A stretch of DNA of 64,000 nt from an uncultured virus (IMG/VR IMGVR_UViG_3300027278_000424) (Duplodnaviria > Heunggongvirae > Uroviricota > Caudoviricetes), in the IMG/VR virus record IMGVR_UViG_3300027278_000424, one strand, 5' to 3'. Positions 1 to 8,518 of this stretch are shown here, in pieces. Below the pieces are notes generated by a model. That model was not told the origin of the DNA. It did no database searches and saw nothing but the letters and a program-made list of their open reading frames with translations. Within the stretch, counting starts at the first letter, position 1. Each line of letters opens with the position of its first letter. The position numbers and the translations under genes are program-made.

Positions 1-345
1 TCTCTAAAGAACGCATCCCATGTAGTAAAAGAGTTATGGTGGGATGGAGACGACCTTATGGGACGTATAGAATTATTAAATACCCCGGCCGGTAATATCG
101 TAAAAGAGATATGTAAGGCAGGACATACAATCGGAATCTCATCTAGAGGTACCGGTTCAGTACAACAAACAAACGAAGGAACTTTAGAAGTACAAGATGA
201 CTTTGAATTAGTATGTTGGGATTTTGTATCTAATCCATCCACACATGGAGCATTTATGAACCCAGTATCATTAAATGAAGGTAAAGTTAAAGCCTCTAAA
301 TATTCTAATTTAGATTCAATCATAAACGATATATTAAGAGCGTAA
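1..345 (+). CDS. Prohead core protease (T4 gp21-like), 5'-truncated by the window edge
   Basis: Frame is open from base 1 (SLKNASHVVKELWWDG...). Has SH and GISSRG catalytic motifs and the DFVSNPS motif. Lies directly upstream of scaffold and capsid. Confidence 0.92.
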   Translation, partial: SLKNASHVVKELWWDGDDLMGRIELLNTPAGNIVKEICKAGHTIGISSRGTGSVQQTNEGTLEVQDDFELVCWDFVSNPSTHGAFMNPVSLNEGKVKASKYSNLDSIINDILRA

Positions 346-385
346 CAATAATTCCCTCGGACGCTACCGAAGGCAGGTGTCGATT

Positions 386-415
386 CCTCCATAGAAATAT
401 GGGGGTTTCTTTTTT
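386..415 (+). terminator. Intrinsic terminator after the protease gene
   Basis: CCTCCATA-GAAA-TATGGGGG hairpin followed by TTTCTTTTTT. Confidence 0.75.
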
Positions 416-418
416 ATA

Positions 419-437
419 TATTTATATACTATTTATT
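419..437 (+). promoter_or_regulatory. Putative late promoter(s), TATTTATA / TATTTATT
   Basis: Recurrent intergenic motif, here upstream of scaffold/capsid. Confidence 0.6.
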
Positions 438-534
438 GTATATAATGTACTATCCTATATAGTATTTAAAACTCTTTCCACATTTACAACTTAACCATAG
501 TTGTAGGAAAATCACACAACAATTTATTTTTAAA

Positions 535-1596
535 ATGGCAAACAAAGATTTATTCAAGCAAGCTATTGCTGAAGCAAAGTCTGTACGTGAAGCCGCTATT
601 GCTAACGCTAAAGAGGCATTAGAGGAAACTCTAACACCACACCTTAAAGACATGTTAGCTGCTAAACTTCAAGAGATGGAAGATTCTCAAAACGAAGAAG
701 AAGTAGTAAACGAAGTTGAAGAGGAAGTAGAAGAAGCTGTAGAGGAAAACGCATCAGGATTTATTGCAGTAAAAGAAGCTGAAGAAGAAGAGGCAGAGGA
801 TGATTCAGAAGAATCTGAAGACGAAGCCGGAGAAGAAGGCGAAGAGGAAGCTGGCGAAGAAGCCGGTGAAGACGAAGCTGGAGAAATGGAAGGTGAAGAA
901 GAAATTGACGGAGACGAAGATTTATCTAAACTTTCAGTTGACCAATTCAAAGACATGATTAGAGACATTATTGCTCAAGAAGTAGGCGGAGGCGCTGAAA
1001 TGGGAGCTGATATGGATGCTGGTGATATCGAAGGAATGGGAGACGAAGCACCAATCGAAGAACCTGGAATGGAAGCTGAACCAGAAATGGGAGCTGAAGA
1101 CGAAGAAGAAATCGACTTGGATGAGTTACTTAGAGAACTAGAAGCTACTACAGAAGAAACAGTAGAAGAAGGTGAAGATAAGGAAGAAGAAGAACCAATG
1201 GAAGAAGCAGTTGAAGAAGAGATAGAAGAATCTACAGAATTAGCTGAAGCTTTAGAAACTATTGAATCTTTAAGAAAAGATCTTCAAGAAGTTAATCTTC
1301 TAAATTCTAAATTACTTTATGTAAATAAAATCTTTAAGGCTAATAACCTTACAGAGTCACAAAAAGTTAACGTAATTGCTGCTTTCGACAAAGCTGAAAC
1401 AGTAAAAGAAGTTAAGTTAGTATTCGAAACAGTTTCTGAAAATGTAGTTACTACTAAAAAAGAAACAGTTACGGAATCAAAAATGAGAGGAATGGCATCT
1501 AAAGCTACTGGAGTTACTGCTTCTAAACCAGAAGTAATCGCAGAAGTATCTGATGCTGTTAAAAGAATGCAAAAACTTGCAGGAATTATTAAATAA
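535..1596 (+). CDS. Prohead scaffolding/core protein (gp22-like)
   Basis: Very acidic, helical protein between protease and major capsid, with many (L/I/V)xE potential cleavage sites. Confidence 0.8.
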   Translation: MANKDLFKQAIAEAKSVREAAIANAKEALEETLTPHLKDMLAAKLQEMEDSQNEEEVVNEVEEEVEEAVEENASGFIAVKEAEEEEAEDDSEESEDEAGEEGEEEAGEEAGEDEAGEMEGEEEIDGDEDLSKLSVDQFKDMIRDIIAQEVGGGAEMGADMDAGDIEGMGDEAPIEEPGMEAEPEMGAEDEEEIDLDELLRELEATTEETVEEGEDKEEEEPMEEAVEEEIEESTELAEALETIESLRKDLQEVNLLNSKLLYVNKIFKANNLTESQKVNVIAAFDKAETVKEVKLVFETVSENVVTTKKETVTESKMRGMASKATGVTASKPEVIAEVSDAVKRMQKLAGIIK

Positions 1597-1615
1597 TTAA
1601 ATTAAATTAAATAAA

Positions 1616-3187
1616 ATGGAATTAAATACCCTATTAGAAAGCTCGAACCAATATAAAAGTGTTCAAGCTGACGCAGCTAAATTGTCTCAGAAATGGGCTC
1701 AGTCTGGCTTATTAGAAGGTATCAAGGATGAGAGAGTTGCTGGAAACATGGCAATGATCCTTGAGAACCAAGCAAAACAAATCGTAGCTGAGGCTAACTC
1801 AACTAACATTGGTGGAGGATCTTTCTCTGCTGGTGCTGGTGAGCAATGGGCTGGAGTAGCTTTACCTTTAGTACGTAAAGTATTCGCTCAAATCGTAGCA
1901 CAAGACTTCGTATCAGTACAACCAATGAACTTGCCTTCTGGCCTTGTTTTCTATCTAGATTTCAAATACGGAACAGCAACTAACGGTAGAGGTGACGGAG
2001 ATAATATGTACGGTAACGTATCTACAGCTAACTCTAAAATGGGAGTTGACGTAGAAGTAGCTGGTGGTCTTTACGGCGCTGGTCAATTCGGTTACTCAAT
2101 CAACCAAAACACTGCTAACGCTGCAGTAACAGTTTCTGCTGCTACTTCTGCTTCAGTAAACCACGAAGTTGGTGTAAACTTAGCTGCTTTAGAATTAGTT
2201 TCTGTAGCAACAGCATCTTTATCTAGCCCAGACCTAACAGGAGTTAGAGCATTTAGATTATCTTCAGGTTCAGTATTAGCTCAGTACACTCAAGTAGTTG
2301 GAGGAAACATCCAATTCGTATTGGCTTCAGGATCTGTAGGAACAGGTGTTGCTGATGATGTTAAATACCACGTAGCTCCAGCTGATAACGATAGAGGTGA
2401 CTTCGAAGCTGCATCAGGTGCTGCTGTTGATACTTCAATCACTATCCCAGAAATCGACGTTAAACTTGCTTCTGAGGCGATTGTTGCTAAGACTAGAAAG
2501 TTAAAAGCACAATGGACTCCAGAGTTCGCACAAGATCTTAACGCTTACCATTCAATTGATGCAGAAGCTGAATTAACTTCTTTATTATCTGAGTACATCT
2601 CTATGGAGATTGACATGGAAATTTTAGATATGTTGATCGCAGGAGCTGTTACAACTGAGCACTGGTCAGCTGAGAACAACAAAGTATGGGACGGATCTAA
2701 CTGGTCAGTATCTACTTCAGATTTCTACAACACACAAGGACAATGGTTCCAGACTTTAGGAACTAAAATCCAAAAAGTATCTAACAAAATTCACCAGAAA
2801 ACTTTAAGAGGTGGTGCTAACTTCGTAGTAGTATCTCCAACAGTTGCAACTGTATTAGAAAGTATCCCAGGATATGCAGCTAACACAGATGGTGATTCTA
2901 TGGAATTCAACATGGGAGTATCTAAAGTAGGTAGCTTGGCTAACCGCTTCAAAGTATACAAAAACCCATACATGACTGAAAACACAATCCTTATGGGTTA
3001 CAGAGGTTCTCAGTTCTTGGAAACTGGTGCAGTTTATGCTCCTTATGTTCCATTAATGATGACTCCATTAGTATACGATCCAGAAACCTTCACTCCAAGA
3101 AAAGGTTTGATGACTCGTTATGCTAAGAAAATGATTCGTCCAGAATTCTACGGAAAGATTTATGTAAGCGACATCGCTACTATCTAA
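1616..3187 (+). CDS. Major capsid protein (T4 gp23-like)
   Basis: gp23 motifs VSVQPMNLPSGLVFYL, AKTRKLKAQWTPEFAQDLNAYH, YAPYVPL, FTPRKGLMTRY. Confidence 0.97.
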   Translation: MELNTLLESSNQYKSVQADAAKLSQKWAQSGLLEGIKDERVAGNMAMILENQAKQIVAEANSTNIGGGSFSAGAGEQWAGVALPLVRKVFAQIVAQDFVSVQPMNLPSGLVFYLDFKYGTATNGRGDGDNMYGNVSTANSKMGVDVEVAGGLYGAGQFGYSINQNTANAAVTVSAATSASVNHEVGVNLAALELVSVATASLSSPDLTGVRAFRLSSGSVLAQYTQVVGGNIQFVLASGSVGTGVADDVKYHVAPADNDRGDFEAASGAAVDTSITIPEIDVKLASEAIVAKTRKLKAQWTPEFAQDLNAYHSIDAEAELTSLLSEYISMEIDMEILDMLIAGAVTTEHWSAENNKVWDGSNWSVSTSDFYNTQGQWFQTLGTKIQKVSNKIHQKTLRGGANFVVVSPTVATVLESIPGYAANTDGDSMEFNMGVSKVGSLANRFKVYKNPYMTENTILMGYRGSQFLETGAVYAPYVPLMMTPLVYDPETFTPRKGLMTRYAKKMIRPEFYGKIYVSDIATI

Positions 3188-3209
3188 TCTTAGAAATAGA
3201 TTCAATATT

Positions 3210-3236
3210 AAGAGAGGCCTTCGGGCCTCTTTTTTT
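3210..3236 (+). terminator. Intrinsic terminator after the major capsid gene
   Basis: AGAGGCC-TTCG-GGCCTCT hairpin with a cUUCGg tetraloop, followed by a T run. Confidence 0.92.
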
Positions 3237-3311
3237 ATGTTCGAAAAGTACTATTAATATAATAATAGAATTATTTTAGTAGTATTTTACAATAACCTGT
3301 TTTATAAAAGC

Positions 3312-3406
3312 TATTTATATATGTGGACATGTGTCATGTTAACGGCACCTTAAGTTGGTTTTTTACTTAGAAGAGTAGGTTGTAAGTAGCCTGCTCTTTC
3401 TATTTT
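3312..3406 (+). ncRNA. Candidate stand-alone small RNA (or 10-aa peptide transcript)
   Basis: TATTTATA at 3312, no sizeable ORF, then a GAAGAGTAGGTT/AGCCTGCTCTTT hairpin with a T-rich tail. The next promoter motif is at 3420. Confidence 0.4.
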
Positions 3407-3442
3407 AATATAAAATTACTATTTATAATAAAGATTTTTTGA

Positions 3443-3685
3443 ATGATATTACAAGAATTAACCTGGATACAGTTTGTAAATCAAAATCATATTCGTATTT
3501 TAAATGAAAACGAACAGATACGACAGTATCGTTTTTACTTAGATACAGTTGCAAACCAAATAGTAAATCAAAATAAAGGACCGAAACAGCTAAGATTACA
3601 GATAACAGGATTTCTACTTCAAGAAGACTTATTTTTAATACAGCAAGAAAATGGTTCAGGAATTTATATAACAAGCTATGCCTAA
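3443..3685 (+). CDS. Hypothetical protein, possibly a small virion/decoration protein
   Basis: TATTTATA at 3420 upstream; C-terminal FLLQEDLFLIQQENG; overlaps the next start. Confidence 0.6.
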   Translation: MILQELTWIQFVNQNHIRILNENEQIRQYRFYLDTVANQIVNQNKGPKQLRLQITGFLLQEDLFLIQQENGSGIYITSYA

Positions 3686-4262
3686 TCTACCTATATCGCA
3701 ATTACCGCAGTCGACCACTTTACAAGGAGACGAATTATTTGTTAATGTACAGGGAGGTATTACTAAGTACACAACCCTAGATAATGTAACAGGACATCAT
3801 TCAGCCCACCTCTCTACCTATTCTACTCAATCGCAAGCACTTTCAACCTCAGGTTCTATACAGCCCGTAACATTTACAGATGTATGGACTCAAGATAAAA
3901 TAAGTGTAGTAGAGAATACAAAAATTACATTTCAAGAAGCTGGAGTATACCAATTTAACTTTGTAGCTCAAGTATCTAATTCAGATAACGCAGTACATAG
4001 TACCTGGTTTTGGATAAAATACAATGGAAATAATTTTCCAAACTCGACTTCTCTAATTACACTTAAGCCTAGAAAAAGTGCATCTGAGCCTTCAGCACAG
4101 TTAATGACAATGAATATAATCGGCCGTGCACTAAATGATAACGACTTTATTGAATTATACTGGACAGGTAATAGTACTACTATACAGCTAACAGAAACAC
4201 CAGCATTTGGCGAAGTACCTGAAACTCCATCTGTAATAGCTTCAATAAGTAGGGTAGGATAG
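3678..4262 (+). CDS. Putative virion decoration protein with a C1q/BclA-like beta domain
   Basis: N-terminal ISQLP motif typical of phage structural proteins; ITFQEAGVYQFNF...NDFIELYW resembles C1q/TNF-like jelly rolls. Confidence 0.55.
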   Translation: MPNLPISQLPQSTTLQGDELFVNVQGGITKYTTLDNVTGHHSAHLSTYSTQSQALSTSGSIQPVTFTDVWTQDKISVVENTKITFQEAGVYQFNFVAQVSNSDNAVHSTWFWIKYNGNNFPNSTSLITLKPRKSASEPSAQLMTMNIIGRALNDNDFIELYWTGNSTTIQLTETPAFGEVPETPSVIASISRVG

Positions 4263-4307
4263 TTAATATTCATATATTTATAATAACAAACTAAAACGTT
4301 ATTATAG

Positions 4308-4994
4308 ATGCCTTCAAACCACCACACGGACGATGTATTCGTTCAAAAGAGAAGACCAAAGAATCCAATTAAGTTTAACGTTCAACTCAACGACGAACAA
4401 AAACAAGCCAAACAATTAATATTAGAATCACCGATTACAGTCATAAGAGGAATGGCTGGATCCGGTAAAACCTTAGTAGCTACTCAAGTAGCTTTAGATA
4501 TGTTATTTACCAAACAGGTAGACAAGATTGTCATCACACGTCCAACAGTCTCTAAAGAAGAGATAGGCTTCCTACCAGGCGATCTTCAGGCTAAAATGGA
4601 CCCCTGGTTAGCTCCTATCTACCACAATCTTTATATGTTGTACAACGAAGAGAAAGTAAAGAAGGAATTAGAAGAAGGTAGAATAGAAATTGTTCCTTTT
4701 GCGTTCATGAGAGGTAGAACTTTCGTAGATTCTTTTGTAATAGTAGATGAAGCACAGAATGTTACCCATTCTCAAATGGAAACAGTAGTAGGACGTCTAG
4801 GAAGAGGATCCAAGATGGTAATTTGCGGGGATATGGCACAAATTGACCTAAAAGATAAAAGAGAAACCGGTTTTTCCTTCCTAAGCCGAATAGAAGAACA
4901 AGTAGAAGGGTTTAAAACAATAAATCTTGAACATAATCACAGACATCAGATAGTAGCACCGATACTTAAGGTATACCAGACCTTTAGAGATTAA
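4308..4994 (+). CDS. phoH: PhoH-family ATPase
   Basis: GMAGSGKT Walker A, IGFLPGDL, FMRGRTF, IVDEAQN, GDxxQID, NHRH. Confidence 0.96.
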   Translation: MPSNHHTDDVFVQKRRPKNPIKFNVQLNDEQKQAKQLILESPITVIRGMAGSGKTLVATQVALDMLFTKQVDKIVITRPTVSKEEIGFLPGDLQAKMDPWLAPIYHNLYMLYNEEKVKKELEEGRIEIVPFAFMRGRTFVDSFVIVDEAQNVTHSQMETVVGRLGRGSKMVICGDMAQIDLKDKRETGFSFLSRIEEQVEGFKTINLEHNHRHQIVAPILKVYQTFRD

Positions 4995-5022
4995 TTACTA
5001 TTTATAAGTAAACTATATATAA

Positions 5023-6165
5023 ATGGCTAATGTAACTATATGGGATGGTAGTGCTACCTTTGTAACAGGTTCTACCCCTTTTGGATTCTACGATAGCGAT
5101 ACCCAATTTCAAACAGATGCTGAGAAAGTAGCTAAATTTTGTGGTACTCGACTAGGATATCCTATGATGGATGTTGAGTTACAAGATGAAAACTTCTTTG
5201 CTTGCTTTGAAGAAGCTGTTTCTACTTACGGTAACGAAGTATTTCAATATAAAATAAGAGAAAACTACTTATCTTTAGAAGGATCAAGCAATGTAACATC
5301 AGCTAACAATAAAATTATTAACCCTACATTAGAGAGGATTATTAATATTAGTAAGAACTACGGTACTGAAGCCGATGCTGGAGGATTTGTAACTAGATAC
5401 TCAGGGTCTATCGCTATGACTAGTGGAGTACAGGAATATAACCTTGAACAATGGGCTGTAGACCAAGGTATAACAGGTAGTATTGAGGTTAGAAAAGTAT
5501 TTTACGAAGCACCTCCTGCTATCTTACGTTATTTTGACCCATATGCAGGTACTGGAACAGGTATTCAATCATTAATGGATGCTTTTGACTTCGGATCATT
5601 CAGTCCTGGTGTAAACTTCTTATTAATGCCAGCCTCTTTTGATGTAATGAAGGTACAGGCTATTGAATTCAACGATCAAATAAGAAGATCGGCGTATTCT
5701 TTTGAAATGGTTAATAATAGACTTAAGATATTCCCAGTTCCTAAGAACGATCACTTATTAAGATTTGAATATTACAAAGTAGATGATAAAAAAGCAGCTA
5801 CTTTTATAGATGGAACTAACTTAATCACTAATGTAGGGGAAGTTCCTTATGAAAATCCATTATATACAGGTATAAACAGTGTAGGTAGACAATGGATCTT
5901 TAAATATACATTAGCTTTAGCTAAAGAACTACTTGCTTATGTTAGAGGAAAGTACCAAACAGTACCAGTTCCTGGTTCAGAAGCTACTCTAAACCAAGCA
6001 GATCTATTAGCTGACTCAAGAGCAGAGAAAACAGAGCTTTTAACTAACTTAAGAGAGATGTTAGACCAAACTTCTCGCCAGGCACAGTTAGAACGTAAGG
6101 CTAATGAAGGAGAAAACCTTAGTAAAACATTAAAAGAGGTTCCAATGGTCATTTATATAGGATAA
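5023..6165 (+). CDS. Neck protein (gp13-like head-tail adaptor)
   Basis: RLGYPMMDVEL N-terminus and WIFKYTLALAKELLAYVRGKY C-terminus typical of gp13-like proteins; synteny. Confidence 0.8.
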   Translation: MANVTIWDGSATFVTGSTPFGFYDSDTQFQTDAEKVAKFCGTRLGYPMMDVELQDENFFACFEEAVSTYGNEVFQYKIRENYLSLEGSSNVTSANNKIINPTLERIINISKNYGTEADAGGFVTRYSGSIAMTSGVQEYNLEQWAVDQGITGSIEVRKVFYEAPPAILRYFDPYAGTGTGIQSLMDAFDFGSFSPGVNFLLMPASFDVMKVQAIEFNDQIRRSAYSFEMVNNRLKIFPVPKNDHLLRFEYYKVDDKKAATFIDGTNLITNVGEVPYENPLYTGINSVGRQWIFKYTLALAKELLAYVRGKYQTVPVPGSEATLNQADLLADSRAEKTELLTNLREMLDQTSRQAQLERKANEGENLSKTLKEVPMVIYIG

Positions 6166-6464
6166 TGAAACTAATAGACATCATATCAGAGGTACAATTC
6201 AATACATACGAAGGTATGGTACAGGTAATCTATGACGATACCACGAATTCTACCCAAGTAGCCGCTTTGATGAGGGCTTTACCTGGTGTAACTACGGTAA
6301 CACTTGCTTCTGATGAAGGAAAGAACAGAGAAACGTTAAAGATTAAGTTAATTACACAGAAAACTGGTGAAGAAGCGTTTCAAGCGTTAAAACAAAATGC
6401 TATTAAGAAGTATCCGCCTATTAAAGTGGTGAATATAGGTACAAACACCATAGAGAAGAAGTAA
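6165..6464 (+). CDS. Hypothetical protein, possible internal head protein
   Basis: Coupled to neighbours by TAATG overlaps; N-terminus MKLIDIISE. Confidence 0.6.
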   Translation: MKLIDIISEVQFNTYEGMVQVIYDDTTNSTQVAALMRALPGVTTVTLASDEGKNRETLKIKLITQKTGEEAFQALKQNAIKKYPPIKVVNIGTNTIEKK

Positions 6465-6958
6465 TGATATTTGGATCCAATAGAGACTTTAATTTACTAG
6501 TAGGTATTAACCGAGAACTACTATCAGATGTAGTAGAACAGGAGGTACTATACTATAAACTTAGTTTAGAGGATACAGAAGCCAATATATATGGAGAAGC
6601 CACTTCAAAATCATATTGGTCACCATTAAAACTCAATTGTTTAATAACAAGAGGTGATCAAGTAGTTACTAACGATGAATTTGGACCAGATATGTCAAGA
6701 GATGTATCATTTGCGTTTTTAAGACAAGATTTAGTTGATACTAATATGGTACCTGAGGTAGGAGATATACTTAACTGGCAAGAAGATTACTATGAAGTAG
6801 ATACAGTTAGGGAGAACCAATTATTCGTAGGTAGAGACACGTCTTATAACTTAACACCGTACGGTCAACAGTTCGGTTCATCAGTATCTATAATAGTTGA
6901 TTGTCATATCACAAGAAGAGAAAGAACAGGTATCGAATTTGAAGGTACAACATACTAA
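6464..6958 (+). CDS. Neck/head-closure protein (gp14-like)
   Basis: NIYGEA and PEVGDIL..YYEV motifs; lies between gp13-like and gp15-like genes. Confidence 0.75.
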   Translation: MIFGSNRDFNLLVGINRELLSDVVEQEVLYYKLSLEDTEANIYGEATSKSYWSPLKLNCLITRGDQVVTNDEFGPDMSRDVSFAFLRQDLVDTNMVPEVGDILNWQEDYYEVDTVRENQLFVGRDTSYNLTPYGQQFGSSVSIIVDCHITRRERTGIEFEGTTY

Positions 6959-6962
6959 TACT

Positions 6963-7244
6963 ATGAAAATACAAGATATACTTAAAGAACAAGACTGGAA
7001 ACAAGATGATCCTGATTTCAAATCAAAAAAGACAGGAGTTGACCCGGTAACCGGTACTATATCTTGGGATATTGAGTATACACCGTTAAAAGGTGTAGAT
7101 GACGCTATAGAAGATGCGTACCAAGACTATAAAGCGGTGTTAAAGAAGTATCCGGAAGATCAAAAGCTGGAACAGTTGTTCAATATCTTCAGTTCTTTTA
7201 AAAAGGCGTATAGAACACATGTAAACCGTAAATATGGCAAATAG
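6963..7244 (+). CDS. Hypothetical protein, possible internal head protein
   Basis: ATG at 6963 avoids overlap with the previous gene; N-terminus MKIQDILKE. Confidence 0.6.
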   Translation: MKIQDILKEQDWKQDDPDFKSKKTGVDPVTGTISWDIEYTPLKGVDDAIEDAYQDYKAVLKKYPEDQKLEQLFNIFSSFKKAYRTHVNRKYGK

Positions 7245-8094
7245 TAAAGAGACAAACCAGGTTGTACCTAAATCTCAGGTAGAACTTTCCCAAAATACTA
7301 TTGAAACCTATACCAATCAAGGTAAGGTCCCTGCCCCTGACCCTAAAAGACGAGTAGATCAACGTTCTGTTAAAGGAGATGATACAAAAAGACTCAGTAT
7401 AGGGCTAAGAGACTTAGATGAAGCCATATTCTACTATTTTAACAACGTAATTAAACCATCTGTTATACAGAATGGAGTACAAAAACCTGTTCCTGTACTA
7501 TACGGTTCACCAGAAAGATGGGCTTCAGTACAGAAAGACGGATTTTATAGAGATAAGAACGGAAAGATACAAGTTCCGTTGATAATGATAAAAAGAGATA
7601 GTGTAGAAAAAAATAGAACACTTGGTAACAAGATGGACGCTAATAATCCTACACAATTTGGTATATTTGAAAAGAAGTTTTCGAAGAAAAACACATATGA
7701 TAGATTCTCAGTATTAAATACTAGGTCAATAGTTAAAGAATACCAAGGAGTCGTTATACCAGACTATGTAAACCTAGTATATTCCTGTACAATCTTTACA
7801 GAGTATGTAGAACAAATGAATAAGTTAGTAGAGGCAGTTAACTATGCATCAGACGCTTACTGGGGTGACCCAGAAAAGTTTAACTTTAGAGCGATGATTA
7901 ATAACTATACTACATCTACTGAGTTAACACAAGGTCAAGACAGAACAGTTAAGACAACTTTTCAAATTAACCTACTTGGACATATAATTCCAGATGGAAT
8001 AAATACATTGCCGCAAGGTAATATGAAGTTCTTTAGTAAGGCAGCAGTTTTATTTGGAGTAGAAGCAGTTAATAATATAAACGACTTAGAATAA
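7234..8094 (+). CDS. Tail terminator/sheath stabiliser (gp15-like)
   Basis: VPVLYGSPERW, PLIMI, and YVEQMNKLVEAV motifs; follows the neck genes. Confidence 0.75.
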   Translation: MANSKETNQVVPKSQVELSQNTIETYTNQGKVPAPDPKRRVDQRSVKGDDTKRLSIGLRDLDEAIFYYFNNVIKPSVIQNGVQKPVPVLYGSPERWASVQKDGFYRDKNGKIQVPLIMIKRDSVEKNRTLGNKMDANNPTQFGIFEKKFSKKNTYDRFSVLNTRSIVKEYQGVVIPDYVNLVYSCTIFTEYVEQMNKLVEAVNYASDAYWGDPEKFNFRAMINNYTTSTELTQGQDRTVKTTFQINLLGHIIPDGINTLPQGNMKFFSKAAVLFGVEAVNNINDLE

Positions 8095-8095
8095 A

Positions 8096-8515
8096 ATGGC
8101 AAATAGATACTCAACTACTAGAATCAATACAACAACAGTTAGGTTTTATGATCAAGCGATGACAAAACTTAATACTATCAATATAGAAGAATCTATGACA
8201 GCAGAACAAAAACTATATCTAGGTCTAAATAAGGCTTACAGCAGTAACAATAAAACAGCTACAGTAATACCAGCAACATCAGAACAAAACGCAATTGTAG
8301 AGTTCGCAGATCTTACTTTCGCTACACCTCCAGCAGGTTTCCCTGACCTAACAAAGACAGATTTCAACCTATTTATTAACGGGGTCTTAGTTGAAACAGA
8401 TGCTATTGATTCTATTGTTCAAAATGGTACCGCTACCAAGGTTACACTAAACGCTGGACTTAACTTTGAGATAGAAGGTACAGATGAGTTCATGATAACC
8501 GGGAAATTTGCATAA
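8096..8515 (+). CDS. Hypothetical structural protein
   Basis: FNLFINGV...FMITGKF beta-rich domain in the structural operon. Confidence 0.55.
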   Translation: MANRYSTTRINTTTVRFYDQAMTKLNTINIEESMTAEQKLYLGLNKAYSSNNKTATVIPATSEQNAIVEFADLTFATPPAGFPDLTKTDFNLFINGVLVETDAIDSIVQNGTATKVTLNAGLNFEIEGTDEFMITGKFA

Positions 8516-8518
8516 TAG

